Shown: in pieces, positions 12,160-26,384 of the stretch | Layout of the letters: each line of letters begins with the position of its first letter | How positions within the stretch are numbered: the first letter of the stretch is position 1 | DNA from: Octopus bimaculoides | Lineage: Eukaryota | Direction of reading: 5' to 3' | DNA: 60,239 nt | Assembly: GCF_001194135.2 (NCBI RefSeq) | Contig: NC_068995.1 | Location: 20,685,937 to 20,746,175 of the forward strand | Notes under the pieces: model-generated | Database searches by the model: none | What the model was told of the DNA's origin: nothing | What the model saw: only the letters and a program-made list of their open reading frames with translations | Position numbers and translations under genes: made by a program

Positions 12160-12560
12160 AACATGGAATTATGGAAATGCTGAATGTTGGAATTGCAGAA
12201 TATTGGACAGTTAGAATAATGGAATATTGATATGTCTGAATAGTGGAATATTATAATGTTAGTAAGTTGGAATTTTGAAATACTGGAGACTGGAAATATT
12301 AGAATATTAGTATGTCAGAACAGTGGAATTTTTGTATTTTGGAAAACTGGAATATTGGAATCATGGAAACACGGAGTACTGGAATGTTGAAATATTGGAA
12401 CATTGGTATGTCAGAATACTGGAATATTGGAATATAGATACATTCAAATGTAAGTTGGAAACAGAGTACTGGATCTTGAAATATTGGAATATTGGTATGT
12501 GAGAATACTGGAAGATAGGAATATGGGAATATTAAAATACGGAAACGTTAGAATATAATC
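12160..12560. repeat. Degenerate ~8-bp minisatellite (TGGAATAT)n with higher-order blocks
   Basis: Repeated GGAATATT/GAATACTGG variants and a recurring TTGGTATGTCAGAATACTGG block. Confidence 0.8.
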
Positions 12561-12700
12561 CAATGGTAAGTGAAAGAAAAAACGTACCTCAAAACGAAAA
12601 AAGGAAACAAAGCAAAGGAACCTCAAAGAAACTCAGGAAATTCGAGAACGAAAACAGGTGTTTAAAGACGAGGTATCTAAACAAACACACGCCCAAGCAG

Positions 12701-12737
<37 letters not shown>

Positions 12738-13347
12738 NNNNNNNNNNNNNNNNNNNNNNNNNNNNNNNNNNNNNNNNNNNNNNNNNNNNNNNNNNNNNNN
12801 NNNNNNNNNNNNNNNNNNNNNNNNNNNNNNNNNNNNNNNNNNNNNNNNNNNNNNNNNNNNNNNNNNNNNNNNNNNNNNNNNNNNNNNNNNNNNNNNNNNN
12901 NNNNNNNNNNNNNNNNNNNNNNNNNNNNNNNNNNNNNNNNNNNNNNNNNNNNNNNNNNNNNNNNNNNNNNNNNNNNNNNNNNNNNNNNNNNNNNNNNNNN
13001 NNNNNNNNNNNNNNNNNNNNNNNNNNNNNNNNNNNNNNNNNNNNNNNNNNNNNNNNNNNNNNNNNNNNNNNNNNNNNNNNNNNNNNNNNNNNNNNNNNNN
13101 NNNNNNNNNNNNNNNNNNNNNNNNNNNNNNNNNNNNNNNNNNNNNNNNNNNNNNNNNNNNNNNNNNNNNNNNNNNNNNNNNNNNNNNNNNNNNNNNNNNN
13201 NNNNNNNNNNNNNNNNNNNNNNNNNNNNNNNNNNNNNNNNNNNNNNNNNNNNNNNNNNNNNNNNNNNNNNNNNNNNNNNNNNNNNNNNNNNNNNNNNNNN
13301 NNNNNNNNNNNNNNNNNNNNNNNNNNNNNNNNNNNNNNNNNNNNNNN

Positions 13348-13383
<36 letters not shown>

Positions 13384-14984
13384 CATTTTGGTAACTCAAA
13401 ATGAATAGATGTACTTTGTTAAAAGGATAAAGGATAATACTGAAAGATATGCAGACAATTAAAGTGGCTCTTTAAAGTCTAAAAGATACAGAAAATTTCA
13501 ATTTAGATATTGTAATTTTGTTTTCATGTTTTAATACTATATTTGCAATTTTAATTACATACAAAAACACAAATACAATCGCAGGCTTAACATTTGCAGA
13601 TGATTAACAATCAAATATAGATATGTATATATTTTTTTGATAGAGCAAGCTTTCTCTGATTGTATAAACTCAACGAATTAGAAGGAGAAGAAATTATAAG
13701 TCCAACAGTTGTTTCTGAGGGCTCGGGGCTACTTCGTAATGCTGGCAGATGCAGTTCATAACACATTCGTACCCAACATACATACACGCATACATATATA
13801 CATGCATATATAAACACATACGTACGTATCTTCCTACCTACCTACATGCACACATACATACCTACCTACCCATCTACGTACGTACATACATACATACCTA
13901 TATACATATATGCATACACACACATTTTATATATTTTAAAGAAACATTATAAAATGTTCATTGTCCTAAAACGACACGATAAAACATATCTTGTGATACA
14001 TCAATTATCCTGTGTTGCACTGGCGCCTGGAAGTAAGGCTGTAGATCAACTATCCTGGAATTCCTGAGTCGTGGCAGTCAATAGTGGATTCAAGACGGGA
14101 AGTTTAATGAATGCAGAGGGGAAAGTAGCTGAAGTCTGTAGTACGGATATGTGAGGTGTGAGAAAGGAATAGACACAAGAGACACTGAATTGATTTCAGT
14201 TGTTACCTGGTTAAATTCAATTGTAAAGAGAATCTATTAACCCGTATATCTGAAGGGGAAAAATTCTTTATCGTTATTAAAAATATTTAAATTTTAAACA
14301 CGGAATGTGATTTCTGCGCTGAGGAAAATCCAAACACGCAACCTACATCACCTTTCTTTAAAACCGTGGTCGATATGTTAAATTCTAAACATATACTGGT
14401 CGATTTAACAACTATATTTTTACCTTAGAAATGTGTAACCTATAGACGCGATAACGAGAAAGAGTAATATGTCATCAAGATCTAAAAATTTCACAAAAAT
14501 GAGCATAATATCAAGCAATTACAGCCCACCTCTCCGTTTTAATATGTCTTTAGATTTCCCCAGGTTCCAAGGTCAGGCTCTATTTTACGTAATGGCAGCT
14601 GAAAAACTTCAAGAAATATCAGTAAAACGTTTTATTCTACTTTTTTTTCTTTAATTAATTAGATTGCCAAGGTTAAAAAAAATCCAATTTAGATTTAATT
14701 CTATTGTAAAGATGAAAGATGAAAATAACAAAAAGCACAATTTCCTTTATTCGTTATCCTGTAGCAAGTTATATTAAAGTGAAATTTGCTAACATTCTTC
14801 AGGAAACAGTTTCCTGTTTCGAAAAAAGAAAAAACAAAAGAAGGGGAAAAAGAAAGAATACGTTTAAAATTGGGTAATTTTGCTGGAAGGCTGTAATTTT
14901 CAAAAGAACAATGATAATACGTATTACTACTTGTATAACCGTCATCATAACTGCCAAGAAATCTATAGTACTTCTACTGCTGCT

Positions 14985-15005
14985 GCGACTATTACAACTT
15001 CAACG

Positions 15006-15076
<71 letters not shown>

Positions 15077-15117
15077 CATCAGTACAATCGTTATTACGAC
15101 TACTTCTTCTTCAACTG

Positions 15118-15177
<60 letters not shown>

Positions 15178-15238
15178 TTATTACTATTGCTACTGCAGCT
15201 TCCACCACCAGCACCAGCAGCAGCAGCAGCAGCAGCAT

Positions 15239-15306
<68 letters not shown>
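14985..15306. repeat. (CTA)n microsatellite complex
   Basis: Direct reading. Confidence 0.95.
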
Positions 15307-15357
15307 TTTTCAAACTTTGGGACTAGCCTACGTTTAGGAGGAGCGCACAACAACCTA

Positions 15358-16755
15358 TTATTATGTTGTTTCACATGAAATGCCATACTTGAAAGATGAC
15401 AATTAAATGTTTCAGAAGTGTTAAAGAACTGATTTATTTAATCAAAGTATGATCCAAATCTATTTATGACGTTTACCCATATTCCATCTTTAAAAAAAAA
15501 AATCATCTTTTGCTGTAAGAAACTGACCGAATGGTTCAATTACCTCTTCTCTATTTAAGAACGTCTTATTGCTTATGAAAAGCTCTAAATGCTTAAATAA
15601 GTGATGATCAGTGGGAGAGATATCAGGGGAATAATGAAGATGTTGCAAAATCACGTAATTCAGGCCTCAAAACTTTTGGACCGTAGCTAGAGGAGTGTGA
15701 GGACTTGCATTGTCGTGGAGAAAAATTGGGCCATCTCTATTCACTCGTATTGGTTGCTTCTTTTACAAATTCTCATGCATACAATCAATTACCTGGCAGT
15801 ACGATGTTGCTGTTACCGTTTTTCCTTGTTGCAAAAATAAATAATGAATAACTTCCCTTCGTAGACCACCATACAGTGACCACTAACTTTTTAGGGTGCA
15901 ATGGTGGGTTTGGGTAGTGTTTAGGTGACTCCTGCATCTAATCACTGTCCTGTTCTCCTGCTGTTGTCAAAGAGTATCTATTTTTCCTCACAAATCATGA
16001 TTTGATGCAAAAATGGTCTTTTTCCAACCGAGAAAGTAATAAGGAGCACACTTCGAGGCGTTTGTTTTTTTAATCTCGTTCAGTTGATGTGGAACAAACC
16101 TATCCGTTTTCTTGACTTCTCCAATTTTTTACAGGTGTCCAAAAATGGTTGTGCGAGATGTTTGGAGTTCTGATGAAAGTTTTCGAACCTTTGCTCTAAG
16201 ATTTTGTTCAACCAAAGCATTTAATCCATCATGCATTATTTTGGCCTACCCCTTGGTTTATTTTCAAGGCTATCATCTCCTGAACGAGAGCTTTGGAAAC
16301 ATCTCAAAATAGTTCTGATGTTAACAAAACCATTATCAAAGTCCTCCTTGATATTCCGTAGAGGTTCTGCAGCAGAGTGACCCAGTTTCTACTCATACGA
16401 GAAAATCACTCAACATAGTTTGGTTGTTATCCTTTTCATAAGGTCTGTCGTTACGAATTTTGTATACCAATATTTAACCTCGAAATCCAATTTGATAACA
16501 ATCATTTGCAGTGAACTGAGGCTTTTGCGTTGTTTTGGTAAATACAGCAAAAGCTGAATACCATGGCGTATCTATTTACCATTATGAATAACATGTTGTT
16601 AAATAAGTACTAACTTATTTGATTTTGCGAGCCTTTCTTTAGATTTTATCGAATCTGGAATGTTGAATGGTAATACTAACTCCATTGGGATTTGAATTGA
16701 GAGGGCAAAATGTTTAGCCCATGTGGCATTGTGTAACATATTTTGCCAACCTATC
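15358..16755 (-). mobile_element. Old, near full-length mariner relic (mellifera/mauritiana-like)
   Basis: Minus-strand remnants: KLGHSAAE..RNI, DDSLENKPRGRPK, DRFVPHQLNE, LHPKKLVVTVWW, LHDNASPHT, DISPTDHHLFKHLE. TIRs are only weakly recognisable, so the ends are approximate. Confidence 0.8.
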
Positions 16756-16810
16756 GGCCATGCCAGCCCACCGGCAATGCCAACGAAATGATGATAATGT
16801 CGGTTTCTAA

Positions 16811-16998
16811 TTTTGGCATAAGGCCGGCATGTTAGGGACAGGGGTCGAGTCGATTACATCGACACCCAGTATTTAACGGATTCTTATTTTATAGACTTCG
16901 AAAGACTAAAAGGCAAAGTCGACCTCGGTGGATTCGAATTCAGAACGTAAAGATGGACGAAATGCCACAAAGTACTAATGATTCTGCCAGCTACCCGC
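16811..16998 (-). mobile_element. Second tRNA-derived SINE family copy
   Basis: GGCAAAGTCGACCTCGG..TTCAGAACGTAA..GATTCTGCCAGCT. Other copies at 18077-18255, 26385-26590, 42490-42610, 47036-47155 and 58905-59103. Confidence 0.8.
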
Positions 16999-17104
16999 TT
17001 TAATGATAACAATATTAACAACAACGACAAGAACAACAACATTTAAGATCTTTTCACTGGGGATTGCCAAGAAATTGAATGTGAAAGACGAAGTCTGTCA
17101 TACC

Positions 17105-17144
17105 GGCCATGACGAAGGGAAATAGCCCTGAAACTCGAGTCGCC
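17105..17144 (+). ncRNA. Minimal type I hammerhead-like motif with one extra A in the core
   Basis: GGC-C(A)TGACGA-AGGG-AAATAG-CCCT-GAAAC-TCGA-GTC|GCC; palindromic TCGA loop III. Confidence 0.65.
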
Positions 17145-18076
17145 TTTATATATTTATATTTATATATTTGATCCTTTATATTGAACACTCAATATTTCAT
17201 CTACATTCAATACTTTATTTCATGGTGCCATCCATTTTTATTTTATTTTATTTGATATTATATATTGTATATTATAATACATATTGTATATTCCATATTC
17301 TATACCCCACATTGGTTCTGCAGGAATATAAATAAAACATAAAAAACAGACAGTGTTGGAACTCTTTTAAACAAAATNNNNNNNNNNNNNNNNNNNNNNN
17401 NNNNNNNNNNNNNNNNNNNNNNNNNNNNNNNNNNNNNNNNNNNNNNNNNNNNNNNNNNNNNNNNNNNNNNNNNNNNNNNNNNNNNNNNNNNNNNNNNNNN
17501 NNNNNNNNNNNNNNNNNNNNNNNNNNNNNNNNNNNNNNNNNNNNNNNNNNNNNNNNNNNNNNNNNNNNNNNNNNNNNNNNNNNNNNNNNNNNNNNNNNNN
17601 NNNNNNNNNNNNNNNNNNNNNNNNNNNNNNNNNNNNNNNNNNNNNNNNNNNNNNNNNNNNNNNNNNNNNNNNNNNNNNNNNNNNNNNNNNNNNNNNNNNN
17701 NNNNNNNNNNNNNNNNNNNNNNNNNNNNNNNNNNNNNNNNNNNNNNNNNNNNNNNNNNNNNNNNNNNNNNNNNNNNNNNNNNNNNNNNNNNNNNNNNNNN
17801 NNNNNNNNNNNNNNNNNNNNNNNNNNNNNNNNNNNNNNNNNNNNNNNNNNNNNNNNNNNNNNNNNNNNNNNNNNNNNNNNNNNNNNNNNNNNNNNNNNNN
17901 NNNNNNNNNNNNNNNNNNNNNNNNNNNNNNNNNNNNNNNNNNNNGAGAATATAATATAAACTCCATTTACAAAAGGTACCGTTAAAATCAATTTACAAAA
18001 GGTACCGTTAATTTTGCTCTGCGTGTTAAAGATTCTTCTAGCTTGGGGCATTAATGATAATAACAATGGTTTCAAA

Positions 18077-18255
18077 ATTTGCCACAGGGGTAGAAATTTT
18101 GGGGGAGGGGCTGTGTGGATTACATCGATCCCAGCGTTTCATTGGTACTTAATTTATCGATCCCGAAAGGATGAAAGGCAAAGTCGACCTCGACGGAATT
18201 TGAACACAGAACGTAACGACGGGCGAAATACCGCTAAACATTTTGTCCAGCACGA
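18077..18255 (-). mobile_element. Second SINE family copy
   Basis: CGAAAGGATGAAAGGCAAAGTCGACCTCGACGGAATTTGAACACAGAACGTAAC. Confidence 0.8.
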
Positions 18256-19669
18256 TAACATATATAATAATAGCATATATATATGTGTGTGCGTATGTGT
18301 ATTTATATATATTATAAATATATATGCGTACGCATATATGTACGAATGTATATTTACATACACACGCACACACACACATACACATATGTAAGTATGTATA
18401 TGTATGTATCTGAGTTATATACACCCACATACTTATTAAAAAAAAAACTTCTTCAAGTACAGTTCAACAGGAGCAAAAGCAGAATCACTGCACTTATGAA
18501 GGAGACACACTTGCAAAAGTACTCTCACCCGTACAGTATAACCACTTAAATCTTCAAAGTCTTTACAAATACTTACTTTTATAATTCCTAACTACGTATC
18601 GTGGCAACCGAACATATAATGCACAAAATTATATTCAAATTGTGAATATATTTCTACAGGACTTCCAGAAAATGACCGCACTTTTGCATAGTCGATAACA
18701 TCGTACAAACCGCAAGCAATTTCTTCATTAGCGTGCTTCTATTGTATGTTTGTGAGCGCAGTTGTATCTTAAAGAAAACCGAAGGGAAACCTTCACTTAT
18801 CAATACAGTAGCACTGATGCATTCCAGCCACATTTTGCTTCTTCTATTGCCTGAAGAAAGGCCTCAGTTGCTCTCTAATAGTAAGGTATATACCAACCCT
18901 GATTAAATATACACAATATAGTCACATCTTCTAAAGTTTCTTTCCTTACCTCGGTAGTATTTAACGCCCAATTTCCATAATAGATACTTTACTAATATTT
19001 CATACCCAACCAGTCATCAACCTCACCATCAATACCATGAATATCAGACGAAAAGAATCAACAAGGACGTTGGGCAATGGTTTTTTACTTCGCTCTAAGA
19101 AATCTACTTCCGTCTAAGACGTCTACTTCGTTCTAGGAAGTCTACTTAGGTCCGCGAAGTTCAACAAAGCATTACTTCTCCACCTCGTTTTAAAACATGG
19201 AAATGCAAATAAATATGAGACAAATACGTTATTCACAACACAGTATATATTAGATCTAAGATAGATTTCTTGAAGTTGAATCTATAATTTCAGTTAATCT
19301 GTTTCAGTTACTCTCAAGTTTGCGATTGAAATAATTACCGATTGCTATAAAGTACCATTGTGGACAGAAAAACAGCATGCGAATACTCAATGAGCAGTGA
19401 ATTTTTTAAAAGCGATCTCAACTGATTTTTCTGTGCGCAAAGAGAATATGATATATTTACATTTGTTTATGCTTCACAGCAAGGCTTTATGCACACCCCG
19501 CCACATATATATGCACAGACACATATTGAATGACATAAAAGATATATTTTTTCCATCACACAGCACTCAATATATAAATTTACAATATGCAATATATACT
19601 CTATTTAATACATTATGGAACATATATTGACTAAGAAAATATAATCAAAGACTTAGGCTACGTTTTGTC

Positions 19670-20042
19670 TTTTTCTTGTTTCAGTCATTGGACTGCGGCC
19701 ATTTTGGAAGAATTTCAGCAGAACTAATCGATTCTAGTACTTATTCAAAAAATAATTGGTACTTTATTCTATCATTCGTTTTTGCCGAACTGCTCGGTTA
19801 CGTGGACGCAAACACACCGATACCGATTGCGAAACGCAGACACATACACGCGCGCACACACACACAGACACACAGACACACACACGCACATACGACAGGG
19901 TTCTTTCACTTTCCGTTTACCTAATCCACACACAAGCTTTTGGTCGGCCAGAGGCTATAGTAAAAGACAATTGCCCAAAGTACCAGGCAGTGAGACCGAA
20001 CGACAAACCATGCGGTTGGGAAACAAACTTCTTACCACACAT
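19670..20042 (-). mobile_element. CORE-like SINE
   Basis: Same family signature, from TTTCAGTCATTGGACTGCGGCC to AAACTTCTTACCACAC. Confidence 0.8.
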
Positions 20043-20081
20043 ACAAACATGCATATTATACATACATATTTGTACGTATAT

Positions 20082-20204
<123 letters not shown>

Positions 20205-22649
20205 CACACACGCACACACACACGCACACACACACGCACACATAAATAAATATATAGATATATACACATGTGTGCGTATGTGTATGTGTGTGTATAGTTA
20301 TAAGGGCTACTACTGGGTAGTTCCACATGCTAGAAGTAGATGCCAAATGGCTCTAAAACCATCCTATACAGATTTTATCCTTGATTATAATGATATATAT
20401 ATACATACATAAATATATATATATGCATACACACACTCATACCTACTCACACATATATATTGGTTGTATTTTGAAGCGGTATGATAAGCAGTAAATGATA
20501 ATTGTTTCTATTCTTAGTTACAACATCGGATAAGTTAATGGCAGGCGTATAGAAGAAATAAATGTATATATATATATATATATATGTGTGTGTTGGTGAA
20601 TAAAGCTTTTTGCAAGTAACGTAAGTCACTAATTAAAGGCCAATAGTCTAGTAGCCTATCCATTTATCTCTGGTGTATCTACACAATATAAAAATAAAAC
20701 ATTTTCATACGATTATTTCATTATATCTGGTAGTTTGCCATTTGGCCAGTTTTTACATGTCATCTGCCGAAATGCCACTATTTGAAACAACAACATTCCC
20801 GTACTCACTGATCAGCTGGTGAAATTTTGAAAAATGTAGGAACCCTATTCGACGTGGAAGCCTTTATGTGGTCGTCGGGCTGGCTAGAAGTCATGCTCAA
20901 ATTACACACTGCTTTTAAAGGAAGGACGCAATATAGTATGCGCTAAATATTTGTGAACACAAAATTCAGATGGCCATAACGGGAGATGAATCAACATAAT
21001 GTTACACGATGTGCAGCGAATTTTAACTTCGTTAAATCTCTTTCAGATGTATCGGCTGTATCAATATTGGTGATTCCATTTTGACACAGGAGATGAAAAG
21101 GCATAGATCCGTGTGGCTCTAACCGCCACTCGCAGTAATATACTGATCTTCTGCTTCTTGAACGTCAAGTTGTGGTTCAGAATCTGATGAGGACCTGCTA
21201 TCCATATCCAAGGACAACAAAATCTTAGCGGTCAGACATCGTCAGGGTGTTCGGTTTTGATAATGTAGATATTCTTGAAATATTGGGATGCTCTCATCAA
21301 GCATGGCTTTTGATCATAAGTATACCTGGTGTAAGAGATTGACTGGAACCTAAATAACGACAATAACAAAATCTTTTCGGTTACTCGGCTTGTTTGAAAT
21401 AACCGTCAAGTCTCCCTTAAATCACACCTTACCATTTTCAGAAAGGATAGAACAATGGATATGATGATTTTCGTTGTTCCAGATCTGAATAAATAGGTGA
21501 GTTATCATGAGCGGAATGCGTTTGATCATAAGTTAACTTAATCAGGTTTAACCAGGGGTTAAATAACAATGGCAAAAAAGAAAAAACAAATGCTAAATCT
21601 ACAAAAGAACTAAAACTCACCAACCGACCAACCAACAAACGGGAAAATCTATGAATCAGACACTTACAGAATGACATGCTTAAAACGGACGAAATTTTTT
21701 CAGTGAGATTTTCTCTCCGTTCCTCTCTTAGTCTCTTACACTCACTTTCTCTCGCTTTATTTCTCTTTCTCTCACACACACCCTATTTCCCTGTCTCCCT
21801 CACCATCTCACTAATTCTGTTTCACCCACCATCAGTGCAAACACGTGAGTACTGCATGCCGTTCTATATTTACAAAGCAGCAATTATAACAATGAACTTA
21901 ACAGTAAAGAGTGATTGCTGGTACCAGTTGGCTTACGTTTATAGATACAATTAAACTGAAGTTTTACTATAATTAGGATGGCTGTGTGATTTTCTATGGC
22001 TTATATTCGTTGTGTGTATGCTCTTATATACGTACGTGTGCATGCATATATNNNNNNNNNNNNNNNNNNNNNNNNNNNNNNNNNNNNNNNNNNNNNNNNN
22101 NNNNNNTATATATATATATATATATATATATATGCAAACGCACATACATGAATGTGTTACTTTTGTCTATGCCACTCGACTAAATACTAATTTGTCTTTT
22201 AATCAAGGTGGCGGTGATGGAGTTGAAAATTCTGAATATTTAAAGTAGTGAGCACGTGACTAAGATATAGCCGTCTTGCTCTTCAAACAATTTCGAAATA
22301 GGATGTTGATTAGTAAGAGATTTTCTTTATACTTTGTTTATTTGTTTCTAATTCTTAGTAAGTACCCCCTCTTCCTCTACCCTCTACCTCCTGTCACTCT
22401 ACTATTTGAAACTGGTACACACTTACACTGTATTGTACACTGACTAGGAAGTAAAAGCCTCTATTTTCTCTGTGGCCATTTGCAATTTTCCTTCAAGGGT
22501 TTTAAGTAAGTGTTATACGGCCTGGTGACTGATCTCTTGTATCAAAGGAACAACAACTGTTTTCTACAGCAACAGCAGCAAGAACTATATTAATAACAAA
22601 AACAATATTTGTTCATGACTTGGCACGGCGTTACTCAATAACTTCAACC

Positions 22650-23500
22650 CAAGTACTTGCCTAGTACTTTATTTTGTCGATCCAGGTAAAATCGCAGTGC
22701 GATTTGAACTCAACGTAAATTGCCAGAAGTACCATGTTGCACTTTGCCCGACACTCTAACGATTTTGCCATTTGCCCGCCGTTCATAACAACAATAATAA
22801 GTCTTTCAAATTTTGGCACACGGTCAGCAATGTTATTGAGGGAGTGGTAGGTAAGTCAAGTACATGAAGCCCAGTACTTGACTTCAAATATATTTTATCG
22901 ATAAGGCGGTGAGCTGGCAGAAACGTTAGCACGCCGGGCATTCGACCCTTTCATCCTTTCAGGGTCGATAAAATAAGTACCAGTCGCGTACTGGGGTCGA
23001 TCTAATCGACAGGTCCCCTCCCTCAAAATTTCAGGCCTTGTGCCTAGAGTAGAAAAGAACATATTTTATCGATACCGGAAGGATGAAAAGCAAAATTGTC
23101 TTCGGCGGGATTTGAGCTTAGCACATAGTCGGATGAAATGCTTTTAGGCATTTCGTCTGATGCGATAACGATTCCGCAAACCAAGCGTCTTAACAACAAG
23201 AACAGTAGTAATAATACTTTCTACTCTAGGTACACAGTCTGACATTTTGGGAGAGGGGTAAGTCGATTACATAAACCCCAGTGTTCAAATGGTACTTATT
23301 TTATCGACCCCAAAAGGATGAAAGGCGGAATTTGAATCCAGAGCAATAATAATAATAATCCTTTCTACTATAGGCTCAAGGCCTGAAGTTTTGGGAAAGA
23401 AGTTAGCCGATTAAATCGATCCTAGTACTTTGCTTCTACTATATTTTGCCGAATCCAGAAGGATAAAAAAGTAAAACAGACTTCGAAGTCAGAAAGTAGA
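22650..23500. mobile_element. Cluster of nested copies of the second SINE family
   Basis: At least five partial copies. The plus copy 22904-23060 is flanked by the 14-bp TSD ATATTTTATCGATA inside a minus copy. Confidence 0.8.
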
Positions 23501-25211
23501 GGGTTGTCACTAAATATAGCTTGGCATTTAGTTTGGCTTTCACTATTTTGCCAAACCACTGAACTTAGTAACTAGAATCAGAATAGTAAATAAAGTAGCA
23601 CGAAAAGAAACAAACAAACAAATAAAACCAACATATAAGCAACATTACTACTGAGGAAGAAATAACAGCCTAGTCACTATCAAACGCTTGAAGAAAGAAA
23701 GAATGCAGAGATGGTGAATTGAGTAAGTTATAAGAACGTCAGTCGAATGCTTTTCAGTCGGACAATGCCAGGTGACTATTTGTCATAAGGGTGCAGTAAA
23801 GAATCTACTCAGCTCCATGTTTAGAACATATTTAATTGACTCCCTCCCCACAATAATGGAAATCAAAAGTAAATTCAGAAGGTATTTGAATCCAGAACGC
23901 AAAGCGATGTAACTAAATATCGTAAATCATTCAGTCGTGGGCTCTATCACGCATCCAGAATGAAACGGAATAAGGTACTAAAGATAACACGTATACGGAC
24001 CCTATCCGTAGAATAAAATCATGAACAGCCAAAGAATAGCTGGTGTAGAACAGTTAAAGACGAGCTGAGAGAAATGATTTTGGCATGAAGCAAGACACCA
24101 AAGAATGGTTTGAAAATCAAAGAAACACAATTTCCGAAGTGGGAATAGTCGGTTTAAATAAAAAGTAAATCTATTGATAAATTTATGAAAAATCATAAAT
24201 ACCACATTATTCCTTTCCATTTCTCGCCTTGATTTCTCATCAAAAAGAAGCCTTTATAAATAATGTAGCATAAAGATGAGAATTCTGTAGAATTGAAGAC
24301 AGCTCTGGACACAGCTTTGATTCCCAATTAAAACTGTGTCTATTGTTCTTGGAATGAACGTCAAAGAATACTAAACTCCTGTCACATAAACCTGACACTT
24401 TGTGCTCAGTGAAAAATCAAAAGAAAGTAATAATAGCGTAGATTAAGAATGGAAGCAAGAAAACAATGCTTCTAATGTGAGAAATTCTAATTTAACGGTT
24501 TCCAAGAAACTGAAAATGAACATTGATTACAAAAACAATTACAGTAACAGATAATCTTGTTGTTATTGTTGTTGCTGATTTACATTATTGCTTACTTTAT
24601 TTTATGCTGATGTCGATGCTCTTGATGGGTTGCCTCAATATGACTTGGGACGGTAAGTTACAGAACGCAAGCGCCAGTAACTGACAAGTCAGGTGATTAA
24701 CACAATAAATGACTTACATAATAATTACAATGTAATTTTATTAGATTGTCTGGGTTTCAACAAAATGAAAAAGAAAAACTGGTTAATATATTGTAGTGCT
24801 AGGCTTAAATCATGTTACATGTTACAAAAGACCTAATGTATTTCTCACGGGAGGGAAAAATACTAAGACAATATACATAAAAAAAAAGAATGTAGTATTA
24901 ATCAACTCAATAAATCAATGAATATGTCATTGAAACTATTGAAATGAAATATATTCGCACTGAAAAGTTGAATCGTTACATATTTTGTTAATCGTGAGAT
25001 CTACAATACTATATGTCGAAATTCATCTTTAAACAATTAGTTCTAGTTTCAACTGTTTATATGATGAGATATGATATCATCATGCATCACAGTATTTCAA
25101 CACAGTTTTTCATTTCCAACGAAACATTCGCCATGATATAGTGCTGCCCCTAACTACAGCAGTGATTTGTGCTAACTTGTGATGCAACGATATCGACTAG
25201 ATTGTTTAGAG

Positions 25212-25471
25212 CAGTGGTTTTCAACCGGGGTCTATATAGTCCCCGAGGGTTCATATAAGATCTTTAGGGATACATGTAACAAAATAGTAAATTCGGGACC
25301 CACGATAGTATTTTAAGGACCCCTGAAAAAATTTTGCTTTAGACGTATGTATAAGTATGAATTGCTTTCTCTACCATTTTACATATTTCAGCCTACTCAA
25401 GTAAATGTGTGAAGAACAAAATAGGAATTTTGAAAGAAGTTTCTATAAATTTTAAACATCGAATGGCTGTG
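25212..25471 (+). mobile_element. hAT (Charlie-like) MITE left end; right end lost in the gap
   Basis: CAGTGGTTTTCAACCGGGG TIR preceded by GTTTAGAG (NTNTANAN-type target). Confidence 0.5.
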
Positions 25472-25743
25472 GNNNNNNNNNNNNNNNNNNNNNNNNNNNN
25501 NNNNNNNNNNNNNNNNNNNNNNNNNNNNNNNNNNNNNNNNNNNNNNNNNNNNNNNNNNNNNNNNNNNNNNNNNNNNNNNNNNNNNNNNNNNNNNNNNNNN
25601 NNNNNNNNNNNNNNNNNNNNNNNNNNNNNNNNNNNNNNNNNNNNNNNNNNNNNNNNNNNNNNNNNNNNNNNNNNNNNNNNNNNNNNNNNNNNNNNNNNNN
25701 NNNNNCCTGACCCCAAAATTACAGGACTTGTGCCTATAGTAGA

Positions 25744-25829
<86 letters not shown>

Positions 25830-25830
<1 letters not shown>

Positions 25831-26380
25831 GAATGAGAGAGCAATGTACGTCATCAAAATGATACTGTGATGCAAATTTACGAACCCAATATACCCATCA
25901 TGAATACCCGTCTAATGAGTACACCAGGCACATGCATCCCAACCATAAGTGCACGACATGGTGACCTTATATCAAGATAAACAGCACATGACCTTGCAGG
26001 TGGGTCCCAGTTAGAATTTTCTTCAGGTTGAGTAGCCCATCTCACTCAAAAGGTCCCCGAATGAAGGTTGTTTAAAGATGATGAACGAAACACCTATGTT
26101 TCCAGAGGTGAATTATTCAAACCCCAAAGAATTTCTCTCACCACATGGCTATGATGCTTCCCCACTACTTCTGCTCATGATCAGAGATGCACATATCCTC
26201 AGCTACCAAGGGACATGCTCAACTCGTTAAGGTCAAACAACTGACAAGCAAATTTGTGGTATTGAGCAGAATATTTGCTGTAGCCAACCTTTTTATACCA
26301 AGACAAAACAATGTACATGATAACACTTCCAATCAATTAAGATCAGAAGCCATGAGAGCCAGTGCCTGGTACTGCATTAG
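25830..26380 (-). mobile_element. Abundant retroposon with (AAT/CAA)n tail, family unassigned
   Basis: Its 3' end recurs on the plus strand at 49175-49255, followed by (CAA)n. An internal part recurs at 29690-29840 and 31060-31200. Confidence 0.65.
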
Positions 26381-26384
26381 GGCA

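Noticed and set aside
16168-16310. CTGATGA and GGAAAC as a hammerhead
   Set aside because: They lie inside the antisense mariner ORF and the helices do not form.
19095-19160. CRISPR-like or regulatory 19-bp repeats (TCTACTT core)
   Set aside because: Three short degenerate tandem units with no spacers, in eukaryotic DNA.
21181-21250. CTGATGA (+) and CTGACGA (-) as hammerhead cores
   Set aside because: No downstream GAAA with pairing helices.
24545-24660. Plus-strand exon ending at ACG|GTAAGT
   Set aside because: A strong donor only; no convincing acceptor or recognisable peptide.
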